Shown here: in pieces, positions 51,436 through 60,581 of the stretch
How the letters are laid out: the number at the start of each line of letters is the position of its first letter
Numbering within the stretch: the stretch's first letter is position 1
Assembly: GCA_036523395.1 (NCBI GenBank)
Contig: DATDEH010000122.1
Location: 28,429-92,428, forward strand
Reading direction: 5' to 3'
DNA: 64,000 nt
From: Candidatus Limnocylindria bacterium
GTDB taxonomy: Bacteria; Chloroflexota; Limnocylindria; P2-11E
Position numbers and translations under genes: made by a program
The notes under the pieces: generated by a model
What the model saw: the letters and a program-made list of their open reading frames with translations, nothing else
Databases searched by the model: none
Told to the model about the DNA's origin: nothing

Positions 51436-51879
51436 ATGAAGGTCAAGGATCTGATGACACCAGGCCCAACGGTCTGCCGGCCGGAGGACACCGCATCCCA
51501 GGTCGCAACGCTGATGAAGCAGAAGGACTGCGGAGCGATCCCCGTCGTCAAGGACGGCGGAAAGCTCGTCGGCATCATCACGGACCGCGACATCGTCGTC
51601 CGTGTGGTGGCCGCCGGAAAGGACCCCCGCACCACGCCTGTATCGGCGGTGATGAGCGCCGACCCGGCCACGCTCGCGCCCGACGCGGACGCGGATGCGG
51701 CGGAGAAGCTCATGGCCGACCGCCAGGTCCGGCGGTTGCCGGTCGTCGATGACGGACATCTCGTCGGCATCCTCGTGACCGCGCAGCTGGCGCGGCGCGG
51801 CAATGCGAAAGAGGTCGGCGAGACGATCAAGGGGATCAGCGAAGCAAAGAGCGGACGAGGTTCGCACGCGCGCGGCTGA
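51436..51879 (+). CDS. CBS-domain pair protein
   Basis: Two CBS motifs (…GAIPVVKDGGKLVGIITDRDIVVR…, …RRLPVVDDGHLVGILV…). GGAGGTG SD. Confidence 0.75.
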   Translation: MKVKDLMTPGPTVCRPEDTASQVATLMKQKDCGAIPVVKDGGKLVGIITDRDIVVRVVAAGKDPRTTPVSAVMSADPATLAPDADADAAEKLMADRQVRRLPVVDDGHLVGILVTAQLARRGNAKEVGETIKGISEAKSGRGSHARG

Positions 51880-51964
51880 TCTATCGCGAAGTTCTCCACA
51901 TATCCACATCGCGAGCAACATTTCCTCGTTGGTCACGAGGGCTGCTGGTCATTAACATTCGAGT

Positions 51965-52039
51965 GGGCCAGTAGCTCAGCGGTAGAGCAGGGGACTCTTA
52001 ATCCCTTGGTCGTGGGTTCGAATCCCTCCTGGCTCACCA
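51965..52039 (+). tRNA. tRNA-Lys (anticodon CUU)
   Basis: Hand-folded cloverleaf: acceptor GGGCCAG/CTGGCTC (one G·U), D-arm GCTC-AGCGGTA-GAGC, anticodon arm GGGGA-CTCTTAA-TCCCT, variable TGGTC, T-arm GTGGG-TTCGAAT-CCCTC (one U·U), encoded CCA. Confidence 0.8.
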
Positions 52040-52051
52040 GAGGAGTTGGGG

Positions 52052-53080
52052 ATGCGGATAAGCGGTCTCGTGCGGTCCGCCCTCAGGCCCCTGCTTCGGC
52101 GCCCAGCCTTTCTTCTCGCCGAGCCTTGGAAGATCCCGCAGAGCCCTGCGACGGGGGAGGACATCTTCTTTTGCTTCCGTCTCTTGCTCGGGCGGCCGCC
52201 GAACCAAGAGGAGTGGGGCGGGCACTTCGCGCAGGCCGGCGGTGACCTTGACGCTCTCGTCCGCTCGTACATGACCTCCTTCGAGTTCTCGAAGCGCGCC
52301 GACACGTTGCTCCGGCATGGAACGGACGGCCGCGTGTCTCTCGCGACGTCGAACCGGTTCTCCATCTACGTGCAGGAGGCCGACGCCCAGGTCAGCGAGC
52401 ATGTGAAACGCGACGCGTACGAGCCCAACGTGACCGCGGTCTTCCTCGAACGTTTGCGACCGGGCATGCATGTTCTCGACATCGGGGCGAACATCGGCTG
52501 GTACACGATGCTTTCCGCATCGCTCGTCGGGTCGTCAGGCAGCGTGACGGCGATCGAACCGAACCCGGACAGCGCGAAGCTGCTGGAGGCGAGCCGGCGT
52601 GCCAACGCGTTCGACAACGTGACCGTGCTTCAGGTCGCGGCCGGTCGCGAGCCCGGACTCCTCGTCCTGCACGGCTCGTACGGCGACGCGATGACGCTGG
52701 CGACACCCGACGACGCGGCTGCGCTGACGAGCGCGACGACCGTGCCGAGCTTCAAGGTGGACGACCTCATCCCGCGCGACATGAAGATCGATCTCGTGAA
52801 GATCGACGTCCAGGGCGCGGAATACAACGCCCTGCTCGGAGCGTCGGAGCTCATCAAGCGCTGTCACCCGACGATCGTGAGCGAATTCAGCCCCAACATG
52901 ATGCCCGGCATCTCAGGCGTCGACGGTCGCGAGTACTTACGTTTCCTGCTTGGCTTTGGGTACAAGATCGCGGTCATCGAAGGCGACGGCACGCTCAGAG
53001 ACTGCGGGACCGACGCCGAGCGCGTGATGGCCGCCTATCTCGCTGGCGGCGTCGATCACATCGACATCCTTCTGGACTGA
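52052..53080 (+). CDS. FkbM-family SAM-dependent methyltransferase
   Basis: VLDIGANIGWYT glycine-rich SAM loop and FkbM-type length. Confidence 0.7.
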   Translation: MRISGLVRSALRPLLRRPAFLLAEPWKIPQSPATGEDIFFCFRLLLGRPPNQEEWGGHFAQAGGDLDALVRSYMTSFEFSKRADTLLRHGTDGRVSLATSNRFSIYVQEADAQVSEHVKRDAYEPNVTAVFLERLRPGMHVLDIGANIGWYTMLSASLVGSSGSVTAIEPNPDSAKLLEASRRANAFDNVTVLQVAAGREPGLLVLHGSYGDAMTLATPDDAAALTSATTVPSFKVDDLIPRDMKIDLVKIDVQGAEYNALLGASELIKRCHPTIVSEFSPNMMPGISGVDGREYLRFLLGFGYKIAVIEGDGTLRDCGTDAERVMAAYLAGGVDHIDILLD

Positions 53081-53092
53081 AAGGAGCAATTC

Positions 53093-53473
53093 ATGTTCAA
53101 GGACGCCAAGGCCTTCTCCGGTTTCTCTGTCAACGATCTCGACGCAGCCAAGGCCTTCTACGGCGGGAAGCTCGGGCTCGACGTGCGTTCGGGCCCGATG
53201 GGAAGCCTCGAGCTCCACCTCGGCACCGGCACGACGGTGTTCGTCTACGCAAAGAAGGACCATGTCCCCGCGACGTACACGATGCTCAACTTTCCCGTCG
53301 CCGACGTCGAGGCCGCGGTGGACCAGCTCGCGAAGGCCGGGATCAAGATGGAGCGCTATCCGAACATGGGTCAGGACGCGAAGGGCATCCTGCGTGGCAA
53401 CGGCCCCGACATGGCGTGGTTCAAGGATCCGTCGGGCAATGTCCTCTCGGTGCTCAAGACCGGCGGACGCTAG
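53093..53473 (+). CDS. VOC-family (glyoxalase/bleomycin-resistance fold) protein
   Basis: 126 aa with the βαβββ VOC pattern. AAGGAG SD. Confidence 0.7.
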   Translation: MFKDAKAFSGFSVNDLDAAKAFYGGKLGLDVRSGPMGSLELHLGTGTTVFVYAKKDHVPATYTMLNFPVADVEAAVDQLAKAGIKMERYPNMGQDAKGILRGNGPDMAWFKDPSGNVLSVLKTGGR

Positions 53474-53510
53474 CGAGCAGGGCTGCGATGGCCTACACCC
53501 ATCGCGCCTG

Positions 53511-53596
53511 GTGAACGGGGCGTGAACGCGATCGCCTACGTGAATGCGGTCCCGACCGAAACGTGACGCGGCTGGTCTCGCCCGTACGGGTGAACC
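53511..53596 (+). repeat. five direct GTGAAYG-like repeats (GTGAACG, GTGAACG, GTGAATG, GTGACGC, GTGAACC) upstream of the GGDEF gene
   Basis: Positions 53511, 53522, 53540, 53563 and 53590. Confidence 0.4.
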
Positions 53597-53693
53597 GGGT
53601 ATTAGACGGGCCTCATTTGGCCCAGCAGAGGTAGTACGCGCGGCTCGTACGGCGGCATACAGGGTGGGAGATGCGGGCCTATGAGCGCCTCTT

Positions 53694-55721
53694 TTGATGA
53701 CTAGCCTCTCATCTGTGAGCGATCTCAGTCCTCTCGGTCGGGCTCTGGCACTCCGGTCGTGGCGTGCGGCCCTCCTCGCCATCGCCGGCGCGTTCCTGGT
53801 CTTCGGACTCGAACAGCTCGCGCCGACGGGTTGGCCACGCGGCGCGCTCGCGTCGGGCGCATGGCTCGCATTCGGTCTGGGCGCGATGGTCGCCGCGGCG
53901 CGCGCGGCGGAGACCACACCGGGCCGCGACCGGCTGCCGTGGGTCTTCGTCGCGATAGCCGTCGGCGCGTGGACGGTCGGCATGATCGTGCGCAGCGCGT
54001 TCCTCGTCGCCGATGTCGCGATCCCGACGCCCGGCCTCGACGATGCCACGCACCTCGGCGCGGCCTCCCTGCTGATCCTCGGGTTCGTCGCGATGGTGCG
54101 CGGCCGGCGCCTCGCGGTCTACGCGCTGGTGCTCGACTCCGGGGCGGTGGTGCTGCTTCTTCTCGCCGCGCTCGCGCTCCTCCTCTCGAGCGCGCTCGCG
54201 AGCGAGATGAAGCAGGAACCGGTCGCCACGACGGTGATCCTTCTGTACGCGGTGTTGTGGTCCGGCGCGACGGGCGCTGCACTCTCGGCCCTCTGGGGTT
54301 CGCCGATCGAGCAGCCGCGTCGTGCCTACGCGATCCTCGCGCTCGGCATTGCGCTCAACGCGCTCGCGTTCACGCTCAGCCTGCCGACGTTCCTCTTCGG
54401 TCGATTCCAAGCCGGGACGGGCCTCGACCTGTTGTGGATGCTCGGCATGATCGCGATCGGCGCCGCGGCGGGCACCTGGATCGAGGACCGCAGGGCCGAG
54501 CCGAGGCGGCTGTTCTCTCGCGACGTGATCGAGCTCTCGCGCCTCGTTCTTCCGGCACTGACCGCCGTCCTCGCCGCCGGACTCGTTGTGGTCGCGAACC
54601 TCATCGACTCGGACGTCGAGCTGTTCATCGACTCCGCCGTCGCCGCGACCATGGTCATCCTCGCGCTGCGCGCCGGCCTGGCCCTGTTCGCGAACTGGCG
54701 CCTCAGCGAAACGGAGCGGCGCCGCGCGGTGCAGTTCGAGGCCCTCTACGAGGTCGGACTCGCGGCCGCCGGCGAGCGTTCGCTCGAGGAGCTCGCGAAG
54801 CTCGTCGTCGAGCAGGCCACGCAGCTGTCCCGCACCGACGGCGCCATGTTCGCGCTCGCGGAGCCCGGCAACGGCCTCATCATTCGCGCGCTGCGGCCGA
54901 ACCCCCAGCTCGGCCTTCGCGACTCGGTCGGGGAGCCGCTCGCCGGCATCTCGCTCGCGACGATCGCGACGCGCGACATGGTGGTCGCGCCGAAGTACGC
55001 CGAGCACCCCTCGAGCACGAAGCCACTTCACGCGACGATCGCTTCCGCCATCGCGGTCCCGCTGATCGCTCATGGCGAGCTCGTCGGCACCCTCGCGATG
55101 TACTCGGCGACGCCGCGCGAGTTCTCGAGCGACACGCAGCGCCTCGTTCGCCTGTACGCAGCACAGGCCGCTATCGCCATCGCCAACGCGCGCCTGCTGG
55201 CCGAGACACGCCGGCTCGCCCGCGACGACGACCTCACCGGCGTCATGAACCGCCGTAGCCTGATGGAGCGCCTCGACGGTGAGATGGCCGAAGCCGCTCG
55301 GCACGGCGACATCTTCGCGGTCGTGCTCTGTGACGTGGACGGCCTGAAGGCCGTGAACGACACCGCGGGTCACCTTGCCGGCAACGAGGTCCTGACAAAG
55401 GTCGCGCACCTCATGCGCGAGACGATCCGCGCCGAGGACGTCGTGGCGCGCTTCGGGGGTGACGAGTTCGTGCTGCTCCTGCCGCGCACCGGACTGCTGC
55501 CCGCGCAGGCGCTGGTGGGTCGGATCGAATCGCGCCTCCGCGAGGAGACCTATCACTGGGCCGGCCGCGATCATCCGCTGCCCAGCGTCTCGTTCGGCAT
55601 CGCGTGGTTCCCCGAGGACGGGCGCACCGACGACGCGCTGCTCGCCTGTGCCGACGAGCGCATGTACGAGGACAAGGTGCGGTCGCGAGCGCCGCGCGCT
55701 GGTGCGTCCGAGGCCGATTAG
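53694..55721 (+). CDS. membrane sensor diguanylate cyclase (multi-TM sensor – GAF – GGDEF)
   Basis: Seven or eight N-terminal TM helices, a GAF-like block, and RFGGDEF with an I-site-like RxxD (RNRRSLMERLD region). Confidence 0.8.
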   Translation: MMTSLSSVSDLSPLGRALALRSWRAALLAIAGAFLVFGLEQLAPTGWPRGALASGAWLAFGLGAMVAAARAAETTPGRDRLPWVFVAIAVGAWTVGMIVRSAFLVADVAIPTPGLDDATHLGAASLLILGFVAMVRGRRLAVYALVLDSGAVVLLLLAALALLLSSALASEMKQEPVATTVILLYAVLWSGATGAALSALWGSPIEQPRRAYAILALGIALNALAFTLSLPTFLFGRFQAGTGLDLLWMLGMIAIGAAAGTWIEDRRAEPRRLFSRDVIELSRLVLPALTAVLAAGLVVVANLIDSDVELFIDSAVAATMVILALRAGLALFANWRLSETERRRAVQFEALYEVGLAAAGERSLEELAKLVVEQATQLSRTDGAMFALAEPGNGLIIRALRPNPQLGLRDSVGEPLAGISLATIATRDMVVAPKYAEHPSSTKPLHATIASAIAVPLIAHGELVGTLAMYSATPREFSSDTQRLVRLYAAQAAIAIANARLLAETRRLARDDDLTGVMNRRSLMERLDGEMAEAARHGDIFAVVLCDVDGLKAVNDTAGHLAGNEVLTKVAHLMRETIRAEDVVARFGGDEFVLLLPRTGLLPAQALVGRIESRLREETYHWAGRDHPLPSVSFGIAWFPEDGRTDDALLACADERMYEDKVRSRAPRAGASEAD

Positions 55722-55761
55722 CGTTTAGGCTGCTCCTGCCATATCAGGCGGGAGGGGATCC

Positions 55762-55926
55762 GTGGCCAAGTGTCCCGAGTGCGACGGCGAGGTGACCGTC
55801 GGCGGCGATGCCGTGAAGGGCGAGATCGTTTCGTGCCCCGACTGCGGCGCGGAGCTCGAGGTGACCGAGACAAAGCCACTCGCGCTCGCGCTCGCTCCGG
55901 AGGCCGAAGAAGACTGGGGTGAATAG
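55762..55926 (+). CDS. lysW: LysW amino-group carrier protein (alpha-aminoadipate pathway)
   Basis: CPECDG…[10 protein letters not shown]…[10 protein letters not shown], a zinc ribbon with the conserved C-terminal EDWGE. GTG lies 5 nt after GGAGGGG. Confidence 0.75.
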   Translation: MAKCPECDGEVTVGGDAVKGEIVSCPDCGAELEVTETKPLALALAPEAEEDWGE

Positions 55927-56770
55927 CCCCACCGTCGGCGTGCTCCTCTCACGCGTTCGTGTGGAGGAGAAGCTCCTCCTCGAGGAGCTCGAATCGCGGC
56001 ACGTTCCGACGAAGGTCATCGACGACCGCGAGGTGATCTTCGTGCTCGAACAGAAGCCGGATATCGGCGTGGACGTCGTGCTCGAGCGCTGCATCCAGCA
56101 CAGCCGCGCGCTGTACGCGCTGTGGGTCTTCGGCATCTGGGGCATCCCGACGGTCAACACCTTCGAGGTCGCCGACATCTGCGGGAACAAGCTGCTCACG
56201 ACGATGCGGCTCATCCGCGACGGGGTGCCGTCGCCGCGCACGCGCATCGCGTTCACGCCCGAGTCCGCGCTCGTGGCCGCCGAGGAGCTCGGCTACCCCG
56301 TGGTGATGAAGCCGCTCGTCGGCAGCTGGGGCCGCCTCATCTCGAAGGTCAACGATCGCGAGGCAGCCGAGGCGATCCTCGAGCACAAGGACGTGCTCGG
56401 GACCTACATGCACTCCATCTATTACGTGCAGGAGTACGTGCCCAAGCCGGGACGCGACATCCGCGCGTTCGTCGTCGGCGACGAGACGATCGCGGCGATC
56501 TACCGCTACTCCGACCACTGGATCACGAACACCGCGCGCGGCGGCAAGGCGACGAAATGCGTAGTGACGCCCGAGCTGAACGACGTCTGTGTGCGGGCGG
56601 CCCGCGCGGTCGGCGGCGGCGTCGTCGCCATCGACGTGCTCGAAGGCGCCGAGGGGCTTCTCGTGAACGAGGTCAACTACACGATGGAGTTCCGCAATTC
56701 GATCGACACGACCGGCGTGAACATCCCGGCGAAGATGATCGACTACGTGCTCGCCGCGGCCGCGCGGTGA
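55919..56770 (+). CDS. lysX: LysX (RimK-type ATP-grasp ligase, alpha-aminoadipate–LysW ligase)
   Basis: The ATP-grasp blocks ([12 protein letters not shown]…, YVQEYV.KPGRDIR.FVVG…, [11 protein letters not shown]) are close to Thermus LysX. Confidence 0.75.
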   Translation: MNSPTVGVLLSRVRVEEKLLLEELESRHVPTKVIDDREVIFVLEQKPDIGVDVVLERCIQHSRALYALWVFGIWGIPTVNTFEVADICGNKLLTTMRLIRDGVPSPRTRIAFTPESALVAAEELGYPVVMKPLVGSWGRLISKVNDREAAEAILEHKDVLGTYMHSIYYVQEYVPKPGRDIRAFVVGDETIAAIYRYSDHWITNTARGGKATKCVVTPELNDVCVRAARAVGGGVVAIDVLEGAEGLLVNEVNYTMEFRNSIDTTGVNIPAKMIDYVLAAAAR

Positions 56771-57801
56771 AGGCCGGCATCGTCGGCGCCGGCGGCTACG
56801 CCGGTGGTGAGCTCCTGCGCCTTCTCCTCGGCCACCCGGAGATCAGTGAGGTCGTCGCCGGCAGCGAGTCGCTCGCGGGCAAGCCGGTCACGGCCGCGCA
56901 CCCGAATCTCCGAAAGCGCACCGACCTGCAGTTCGTGAGATACGAGGACGTGTCGGCCTGCGATGTGCTCTTCCTCAGCCTGCCGAACGGCACGCACCGC
57001 GCCGATGAATTCGAGGGGCGCGCCGATCTGATCATCGATCTGTCGAGCGACCACCGGCTGAGCGATCCCGCCGACTACCAGCGCTGGTACGGCGAGCCGC
57101 ATCCGCATCCGAACGCGATCGGCCGCTGGGTCTACGGGATCCCCGAGCTGCATCGCGATCGCATCAGAGGTGCGAAGCGCGTGACCGGGGCGGGCTGCAA
57201 CGCGACCGCCGCGATCCTGGCACTGCTACCGCTATTCGCCGCCGACGTCGTCGATCGCACGCGTCCGGTGGTCGTGGAATGCAAGGTCGGCTCGAGCGAG
57301 GGCGGCCGCGAGCCGTCCGAGGACTCGCACCATCCGGAGCGCGTCGGCGTCGTGCGGTCGTTCCGGCCGGTGGGGCACCGGCACACCGCGGAGATCGAGC
57401 AAGAGCTGACGCTCGGCGGCGATCGGCCGCGTGTCGATCTCTCGGTGACGGCGGTCGAGCTCGTGCGCGGCGTGCTCGCCACCGCGCACGTCTACGTGAA
57501 GACCGCGCTCGAGGACAAGGACCTGTGGAAGATCTACCGGCAGCGCTACGGCGCGGAGCCGTTCGTTCGCATCGTCAAGGAGCGCGCCGGCATCTTCCGT
57601 TACCCCGAACCGAAGCTCCTCGCCGGGACGAACTTCGCCGACGTCGGATTCGCTGCGGATCCGCGCGGCGAGCGGGTCGTCGCGATCTGCGCGATCGACA
57701 ACCTCGTGAAGGGCGCGGCAGGGAACGGCGTGCAGGCGATGAACGTCGCCCGCGGGTTCGACGAACAGGCGGGTCTGGGCTTCTCCGGCCTACATCCCTA
57801 G
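56767..57801 (+). CDS. lysY: LysY/ArgC-family [LysW]-aminoadipyl-phosphate reductase
   Basis: GTG overlaps the lysX stop (GTGA). [16 protein letters not shown] Rossmann motif and catalytic GAGCNAT Cys. The listed 56122 start is run-through. Confidence 0.75.
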   Translation: MKAGIVGAGGYAGGELLRLLLGHPEISEVVAGSESLAGKPVTAAHPNLRKRTDLQFVRYEDVSACDVLFLSLPNGTHRADEFEGRADLIIDLSSDHRLSDPADYQRWYGEPHPHPNAIGRWVYGIPELHRDRIRGAKRVTGAGCNATAAILALLPLFAADVVDRTRPVVVECKVGSSEGGREPSEDSHHPERVGVVRSFRPVGHRHTAEIEQELTLGGDRPRVDLSVTAVELVRGVLATAHVYVKTALEDKDLWKIYRQRYGAEPFVRIVKERAGIFRYPEPKLLAGTNFADVGFAADPRGERVVAICAIDNLVKGAAGNGVQAMNVARGFDEQAGLGFSGLHP

Positions 57802-58565
57802 CTCGTCGTTACCGCCAGCGAGCCGAACGCCATCGACACGTCGATCGTCAGCAGCGGGCGCTTGCCTTCGAGCGCCGGCAGCGTGTAGCTGGTGTCGCCC
57901 TTTTCGATGAAGCCGGTCGTGCGCTTCGCGGCCGCGAACGCCTTCGTCCGCACCGCAGCGGCGGTCGTCGATGGGACGGCAATGTCAATTGAACCGAGTC
58001 CCGAGTCGATGCGCGCGTTCGCGTCGCTGCGGAGCTCTCCCGAGAAGTCGAGGGCGCAGGCCGCGATGCCGCCGCTCATCTGGAGCGTCGTGAAGGCGGC
58101 GTTGGTGAGGTGCTTCGCCGTGAAGGCACCGGCTCCGGTGGCGAGTTCCATGAACGACATGGCGACCGGGTTGGGCCGCGAGAAATCGACATCGAACCGG
58201 CCCGCGCCGGCCTTGATCGCGAGCCGCTCCAGGGGCAGGCCTCCGAGATCGAAGGCCGTCTCGCTCGCACCGGCGTTGATCTCCAGCTGGAATGGGCGCG
58301 TCCGTCCGATCGCGAGCTCCAGATGGGGCAGCTCGGCACGACTCCATGCCGGAAGGTCGAAGCGCTGCGCGATATAGGTCGTCTCTCCGGCTCGCACTTC
58401 GATGGGTAGCGCTCCGGTCGGATCTTCATACGTGCCGGTGATCCACATCGGTCCGTCCGATGGTGTGAAGTGCATGTGGCACGGGCCAAGGCGCAACAGG
58501 AGCGACACCTTCGCAGTGTCCGGGTAGGCGATCTCGATCTTCGTCTGCAAAGCGGTCGCGGTCAC
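57798..58565 (-). CDS. hypothetical beta-rich protein (opposite strand inside lys cluster)
   Basis: A 255-aa ORF with real codon bias and no recognisable catalytic motifs. Confidence 0.35.
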   Translation of the reverse strand: MTATALQTKIEIAYPDTAKVSLLLRLGPCHMHFTPSDGPMWITGTYEDPTGALPIEVRAGETTYIAQRFDLPAWSRAELPHLELAIGRTRPFQLEINAGASETAFDLGGLPLERLAIKAGAGRFDVDFSRPNPVAMSFMELATGAGAFTAKHLTNAAFTTLQMSGGIAACALDFSGELRSDANARIDSGLGSIDIAVPSTTAAAVRTKAFAAAKRTTGFIEKGDTSYTLPALEGKRPLLTIDVSMAFGSLAVTTS

Positions 58566-58653
58566 GGCTCGTCTCCTTTAGATCTGTCTCCGCGAGTGTG
58601 GGTGCCTTCCCGGTCGGGGCGCAGGCGGGAGACGGTCAGTTCCACGTGCGGCC

Positions 58654-59466
58654 GTGCCCCACAGCGGGGCTTTGTCTAGGCTGACGCAGATGCTCCGGGC
58701 AGTGATCAAGGCAGGTGGCTCAAGCGGCGTGGACCGCGACGCGGTCGCAACGCTCGTCGCGGAGGTCGCGCGGCTCGACGAGATCGTCCTGGTCCACGGC
58801 GCATCGGCGGAGACCGACCGCATCGCCAGCGCCCTCGGCGTGCCGCAGGAGACGATCACCTCGCCGTCGGGCCACACCAGCCGCCGCACCGATCGCCGCA
58901 CGCTCGAGGTGTTCGCGATGGCCGCGCTCGGGGTCGAGAACTTCCTCTACGTCGAGAAGCTCCAGCAGCGCGGCGTCGACGCCGTTGGACTCTCTGGCAT
59001 CTCTGGCCGCCTGCTCATCGCGAAGCGGAAGGACGTGCGCGCGGTGAAGGACGGGAAGACGATCCTGCTCCGCGATGACTACACGGGGACCGTCGAGGCC
59101 GTGAACCTTCCGCTCCTCACGCAGTTCATCGGACCCGGCCGCGTCCCCGTCGTCGCTCCGCTGGCGCTCTCGACCGACAACGAGGCGCTCAACGTGGACG
59201 GCGACCGCGTCGCGGCGCGCATCGCGGTCGCGATCGATGCCGACGCGCTGTTGATCCTCACCAACGTGCCTGGCTTGCTACGGGACCCGAGCGACCCGGC
59301 GTCCCTGGTCGCCGAGACCACGCTCGATGAGGCCGAGGCGCTCGCGCAGGGCCGCATGAAGAAGAAGGTGCTCGCGGCGCGTGAGGCGATCGAGGGCGGC
59401 GTCGACGAGGTCGTCATCCGGAGCGCGTCGGGCGATCCACAGGTCCGCACCGTGATCCGCGGATGA
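58654..59466 (+). CDS. lysZ: LysZ/ArgB-family amino-acid kinase ([LysW]-aminoadipate kinase)
   Basis: AAK fold (VIKAGGS…, LVHGA…, …ILTNVPGL…). ATG 58690 ([11 protein letters not shown]) is an alternative start. Confidence 0.7.
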   Translation: MPHSGALSRLTQMLRAVIKAGGSSGVDRDAVATLVAEVARLDEIVLVHGASAETDRIASALGVPQETITSPSGHTSRRTDRRTLEVFAMAALGVENFLYVEKLQQRGVDAVGLSGISGRLLIAKRKDVRAVKDGKTILLRDDYTGTVEAVNLPLLTQFIGPGRVPVVAPLALSTDNEALNVDGDRVAARIAVAIDADALLILTNVPGLLRDPSDPASLVAETTLDEAEALAQGRMKKKVLAAREAIEGGVDEVVIRSASGDPQVRTVIRG

Positions 59467-59569
59467 CGGTGCCGGCATAGAACCCGACATCGAGCTGGTC
59501 CGCGGGCTCGTCGCGATCCCGAGTACCAGCCGGCGCGAAGGAGAAGCGGTCGCGTGGCTCGTCGCGCGA

Positions 59570-60541
59570 ATGGCCGAGCGTGGCTTCCGCGCGACGGTCG
59601 ACGACGCCGGCAACGCGGTCGGCGAGATCGGTGACGGACCAGTGCACGTCGTGCTGCTCGGCCACATCGACACGGTCCCCGGAGCGATCGACGTGCGCAT
59701 CGAGGCGGGGGAGCTCGTCGGGCGTGGCGCGGTAGACGCGAAGGGTCCGCTCGCGGCGTTCGTCGCGGCGGCGACGAAGCGCGTCACCGGCCTGCGCGTC
59801 ACGGTCGTCGGCGCGGTCGAAGAGGAATCGCCCACGAGCGCGGGCGCGCGATATCGCGCCACGCTCGCGTCGCCCGACTGGTGCGTCATCGGCGAGCCGT
59901 CGGGTTGGGACGCCGTGACGATCGCGTACAAGGGACGACTCGCGCTGCGCGTCTCGCTGTCACGCCCGGCACGGCACGGTGCCGCCCCGGGCATGACGTG
60001 CAGTGAGGAAGCGCTCGCGCTGTGGTCGACCGTGCGTGCCGCTGCGGATCGGCGCACGCGAGGGACCGATGGATTCGCGAGGCTCGACTGCCGGCTCGAG
60101 GGAATGAGCGGCGGACCCGACGACGGCCTCGTCGAGCGGGCGGAGCTGCGCGTCGGCTATCGCGTCCCGCCCGGGATCACGACCGCGGAGCTCGAACATG
60201 AGATCCGCGCTCTCGCGACGGAGCACGTGGGAGAAGCGAGCGTTGAGATCGAGCGGATCGGGGCCGAGGAGCCGGCGCGGACCGCGCGCACGACACCACT
60301 CGCACGCGCCTTCGTCGGCGCGATCGCCGACGCGGGCGGCAAGGTGACCTTCAAGGTGAAGAGCGGAACGAGCGACATGAACGTTCTCGCACCGGCGTGG
60401 GGCTGCCCGATGGTGGCATACGGTCCGGGCGACTCCCGCTACGACCACACGCCGATGGAACGTCTGAATCTGTCCGATTACGAACGGTCCATCCGTGTCC
60501 TGGAAAGCGTGCTCGCACGCGCCGGCCACCCCATAATCTGA
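59570..60541 (+). CDS. lysK: LysK/ArgE-family M20 deacylase ([LysW]-lysine hydrolase); N-terminus probably extends upstream via a non-canonical start
   Basis: M20 metal ligands (HIDTV, …DAKG…, EEES). The in-frame upstream stretch …[28 protein letters not shown] is M20-like but contains no ATG/GTG/TTG. Confidence 0.65.
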   Translation: MAERGFRATVDDAGNAVGEIGDGPVHVVLLGHIDTVPGAIDVRIEAGELVGRGAVDAKGPLAAFVAAATKRVTGLRVTVVGAVEEESPTSAGARYRATLASPDWCVIGEPSGWDAVTIAYKGRLALRVSLSRPARHGAAPGMTCSEEALALWSTVRAAADRRTRGTDGFARLDCRLEGMSGGPDDGLVERAELRVGYRVPPGITTAELEHEIRALATEHVGEASVEIERIGAEEPARTARTTPLARAFVGAIADAGGKVTFKVKSGTSDMNVLAPAWGCPMVAYGPGDSRYDHTPMERLNLSDYERSIRVLESVLARAGHPII

Positions 60542-60581
60542 CCGCGACCCGCCGCGGCGGGCTGGAGAGGGGCGTGGAAGG

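Noticed and set aside
53709-55574. 621-aa minus-strand ORF
   Set aside because: It is antisense to the GGDEF cyclase gene, which has clear TM, GAF and GGDEF features. It is Arg/Asp/Glu-rich artefact.
52040-56000. Genomic island at the tRNA-Lys 3' end
   Set aside because: There is no integrase, no repeat of the tRNA 3' end, and no compositional break. The downstream genes (methyltransferase, VOC, GGDEF) are not obviously foreign.
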